From NCBI GenBank assembly GCA_025454115.1, contig JALOPB010000010.1:1-39716 (forward strand): a stretch of DNA of 39,716 nucleotides. The letters are read 5' to 3'. Source of the stretch: Desulfobacterales bacterium. Its GTDB lineage: Bacteria > Desulfobacterota > Desulfobacteria > Desulfobacterales > SpSt-501. The notes beneath the pieces are model-generated. The model was not told the DNA's origin. It did not search any database and saw only the letters and a list, made by a program, of their open reading frames with translations. The position numbers and the translations under genes were made by a program. Of this stretch, positions 37,551-39,716 are shown in pieces; the first letter of the stretch is position 1; every line of letters begins with the position of its first letter.

Positions 37551-38840
37551 ATGAAAAGATGGATTCTTCGACTGGCTGTGGTTTTGGCGATGGCATTTGC
37601 CTTGAGCCTGCCGGCGGCGGCTCAGAAGCAGGAAATCACGGTTCTCGTCTGGTCGCATTTCATCCCGGACGTGGACAAGGTGCTCAAGAAACACGCCGAG
37701 GAGTTCGGCGCCGCCAAGGGCGTCACGGTTCGCATTGACACCATCGACCTCAAGCAGTTCGCCTCCAAGAAGGCGGCCGAGGCCCAGGCCAAGTCCGGCC
37801 ATGACATCATCATGAACTACGGTGCCGACCCCATGCTCTACGATAAACTCCTGGCCGACGTGGACGACCTGGTCGGCGACCTGGGTAAGGCTTACGGCGA
37901 GCTGATTCCTCTGGCCGCCGAGACCTGCAAAGTCGGGGAGCACTGGAAATCCGTGCCATGGTATTATTATCCCTACCCGCTGGTCGTCCGCACCGACCTG
38001 ATCGCACAGGTCGGAGAAAAAGCGCCGGATACCTGGGACGATGTGCTGCGGATCGGCGCGAAGCTTAAAAAGATCGGCAAACCCGTTGGCATCCAGCTCG
38101 GCCACTCGCGCGATGGCAACGGAGCCATGCTGGCCCTGATGTGGGGCTACGGCGCGGCCATCACCGCCAAGGACGGCAAAACCGTCACGATCAACTCTCC
38201 GGAGACGATCAAGGCCGTGGAGTTTGTGAAAGCCCTTTACGCCGATGCCATGGACCCCGAGGTCATCTCCTGGGACGATGCCGCCAACAACCGCGCCGTC
38301 CTGGCCGGCACCTGCTCGATGGCGTTCAACAGCCCTAGCATTTACAAGGCTGCCAAGAGCAAGGACATCCGGGTGGCTGAGACCGACAAACCGCTAGCGG
38401 ACGCGATCGACCACATTCTGCCTCCGGCCGGACCCAAAGGCCGCTTCGCCTTCGCGGACTGCCTGACGCTGGGAATCTGGGAATTCTCCAAGAACAAGGA
38501 ATTGGCCAAGGAGTTCCTGAAATACCATTTCGCCAAGAAGCAGTTCGACGAGTTCCTCGAGGTAGCCGTGGGCTACAACGTCCCCTTCTTACAGGGGTAC
38601 CGTTCACATACGGTCTTCACCTCGGACCCCAAGATTCGATTCGTCGGTGAGATCGGCAAGTACGAGCATACTATCGGCTTCCCCGGCCCGGTGACGGCCC
38701 ATAGCCAGGTGGTGTGGGACATGTTCATCATCAACGACATGTTCGCCTATGCGGCCACCGGCAAAAAGAGCCCGAAAGAGGCCGTCGAATGGGCCGAAAA
38801 GGAGATCAAGGCCATCTATGCCGGCAAAGCCGGGCAATAA
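37551..38840 (+). CDS. Carbohydrate ABC transporter substrate-binding protein (family 1)
   Basis: Signal peptide ending AAA; WSHF.P, RTDL, P.TWDD, WDDA.NNRA, P.GP.G motifs; SD AGGAGG. Confidence 0.92.
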   Translation: MKRWILRLAVVLAMAFALSLPAAAQKQEITVLVWSHFIPDVDKVLKKHAEEFGAAKGVTVRIDTIDLKQFASKKAAEAQAKSGHDIIMNYGADPMLYDKLLADVDDLVGDLGKAYGELIPLAAETCKVGEHWKSVPWYYYPYPLVVRTDLIAQVGEKAPDTWDDVLRIGAKLKKIGKPVGIQLGHSRDGNGAMLALMWGYGAAITAKDGKTVTINSPETIKAVEFVKALYADAMDPEVISWDDAANNRAVLAGTCSMAFNSPSIYKAAKSKDIRVAETDKPLADAIDHILPPAGPKGRFAFADCLTLGIWEFSKNKELAKEFLKYHFAKKQFDEFLEVAVGYNVPFLQGYRSHTVFTSDPKIRFVGEIGKYEHTIGFPGPVTAHSQVVWDMFIINDMFAYAATGKKSPKEAVEWAEKEIKAIYAGKAGQ

Positions 38841-38861
38841 GATCGCAACCCGACCTCAGGA

Positions 38862-38893
38862 GCGGCCGGCGACGCACCGCCGGCCGCGGTTTT
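38862..38893 (+). terminator. GC-rich hairpin after the ABC operon
   Basis: Perfect 10-bp stem GCGGCCGGCG-ACGCAC-CGCCGGCCGC followed by GGTTTT. Confidence 0.55.
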
Positions 38894-38895
38894 CA

Positions 38896-39248
38896 ATGAC
38901 GACCCCGACTGAGCAGAAGTCTTCCATCGAGGACATCCGTCGGCGCTTCGATGCCGATGTCGAGCGTTTCTCCAAACCGCTCCCGGCGGCAGCGTCTGGA
39001 TCACCGATCTGGTGGCTCACGAGATGGGCGGGGTTCAGGATCTGATGTGGGCGCGCTACGGGGCTTACCTGGAATCCCTGGGAGCTGAAGAATACCGGCG
39101 CAAAGTGTTTGACTACATCGACCGCGAGGACTCGCCTCGGCCGGTCACCTATCAAATGGACCTCCTGCGCCGGGTCGGCTTTATCGAGGTGGATTTGCTG
39201 CACAAGAATTCCTGCTTTGCGGCTTTCGGCGGCCGGAAAAGCTCTTGA
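38896..39248 (+). pseudogene. Class I SAM-dependent methyltransferase remnant with a large internal deletion and frameshift
   Basis: Frame 1 MTTPTEQKSSIEDIRRRFDADVERFS joins at about 38975 to frame 3 TAPGGSVWITDLVAHE...LLRRVGF.EVDLLHKNSCFAAFGG. The central core with SAM motif I (LD.GCG.G) is absent. Confidence 0.8.
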
Positions 39249-39282
39249 ATCCATTTTTTTACGCGACTTGAGAGGAGGCATC

Positions 39283-39561
39283 ATGGCGCAAGATCCTGGA
39301 ATCGGCTATCGGGTGCAGGCGACCATCACTGGCGTCAAGGGCGAATGCGGCGCGGGACACCGGGTGGGCGAGACGTTCGAAATCAGCTGCTACAATCCCG
39401 GCGGTCTATGTGGCTGGTTCTACCATGACATCTTCCCCAACCTGAGCACGTTCCAGTTCGGGGGCAGCCTCCCCTGGTGGGAAGGAGACGCCATCGAGCT
39501 CAGATGCCCGGACCATCACAACCTGGTGACCATGTGGCTGAAACGGTTTCCGCGCGGATAG
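39283..39561 (+). CDS. TIGR04076-family small Cys protein
   Basis: 92 aa from the ATG after GAGGAGG; KG.C..GH.VG.TF, GLC, F....PW and CPD motifs. Confidence 0.85.
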   Translation: MAQDPGIGYRVQATITGVKGECGAGHRVGETFEISCYNPGGLCGWFYHDIFPNLSTFQFGGSLPWWEGDAIELRCPDHHNLVTMWLKRFPRG

Positions 39562-39575
39562 TTTGAAGTTAGTGC

Positions 39576-39611
39576 TTGAAAGTCGAAACGGTATGACGTA
39601 ATATCATACCG
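39576..39611 (+). promoter_or_regulatory. Sigma70 promoter with an overlapping palindromic operator
   Basis: TTGAAA-N17-TAATAT; inverted repeat CGGTATGA-N7-TCATACCG (39589-39611) spans the -10. Confidence 0.75.
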
Positions 39612-39623
39612 GAGGTTATCCTT

Positions 39624-39716
39624 ATGGCGGCATCAAAAATAGCGATTACCATCGATGACAAAATTTTGAGACGACTTGACCTTCTGGTTCAATCCAATGT
39701 TTTTCCAAACCGCAGC
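39624..39716 (+). CDS. CopG / ribbon-helix-helix protein, probable type II antitoxin (partial; runs off the window end)
   Basis: Manual translation [31 protein letters not shown]: alternating beta-strand, helix, then the 'F.NRS' turn of RHH proteins; SD GGAGG. Confidence 0.85.
   Translation, partial: MAASKIAITIDDKILRRLDLLVQSNVFPNRS

Noticed and set aside
1-39716. CRISPR arrays, tRNA/rRNA genes, IS elements, prophage genes, selenocysteine read-through
   Set aside because: I saw no regularly spaced repeats, cloverleafs, transposase or integrase ORFs, or in-frame UGA with continuing homology. The intergenic gaps are short and were read by eye only.

Overview
Chromosomal, mostly core-genome window from an anaerobic bacterium; gene content and style suggest Desulfobacterota (Desulfobacterales-like), which is an inference. 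In order: 5' end of an amino-acid ABC substrate-binding gene with a saccharopine/lysine dehydrogenase-family gene; HtrA/DegQ protease; fused TIGR03960/TIGR03936 radical SAM gene plus RNase G; rpmH-rnpA-yidD-yidC-mnmE followed by two parS sites, so the window is probably origin-proximal although dnaA, jag, mnmG and parAB are absent; a YkgJ Cys-cluster gene plus a hypothetical gene converging on an ATP-grasp/HNH pair; a visibly AT-richer type IV minor-pilin/PilY1 operon with a sigma54-type promoter; a candidate ~190-nt structured RNA; an NdvB-like GH17-GT2 glucan synthase; era, engB, an aminotransferase, hisG, hisI, PBP1A; dksA-PHP-rnc-radical SAM; an MFS transporter; a sugar-type ABC transporter; a deleted methyltransferase; TIGR04076; and the start of an RHH antitoxin-like gene with its operator. 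I saw no CRISPR array, rRNA, tRNA, transposase or integrase. The best leads are (1) the promoter- and terminator-bounded RNA upstream of the glucan synthase, (2) two uncharacterised radical SAM-ribonuclease pairings that may be RNA maturation or modification modules, and (3) repeated clean internal deletions (mnmE twice, the methyltransferase once) that are either assembly artefacts or recent lesions. None is proven novel from sequence alone. Family assignments come from motif recognition, not database searches.
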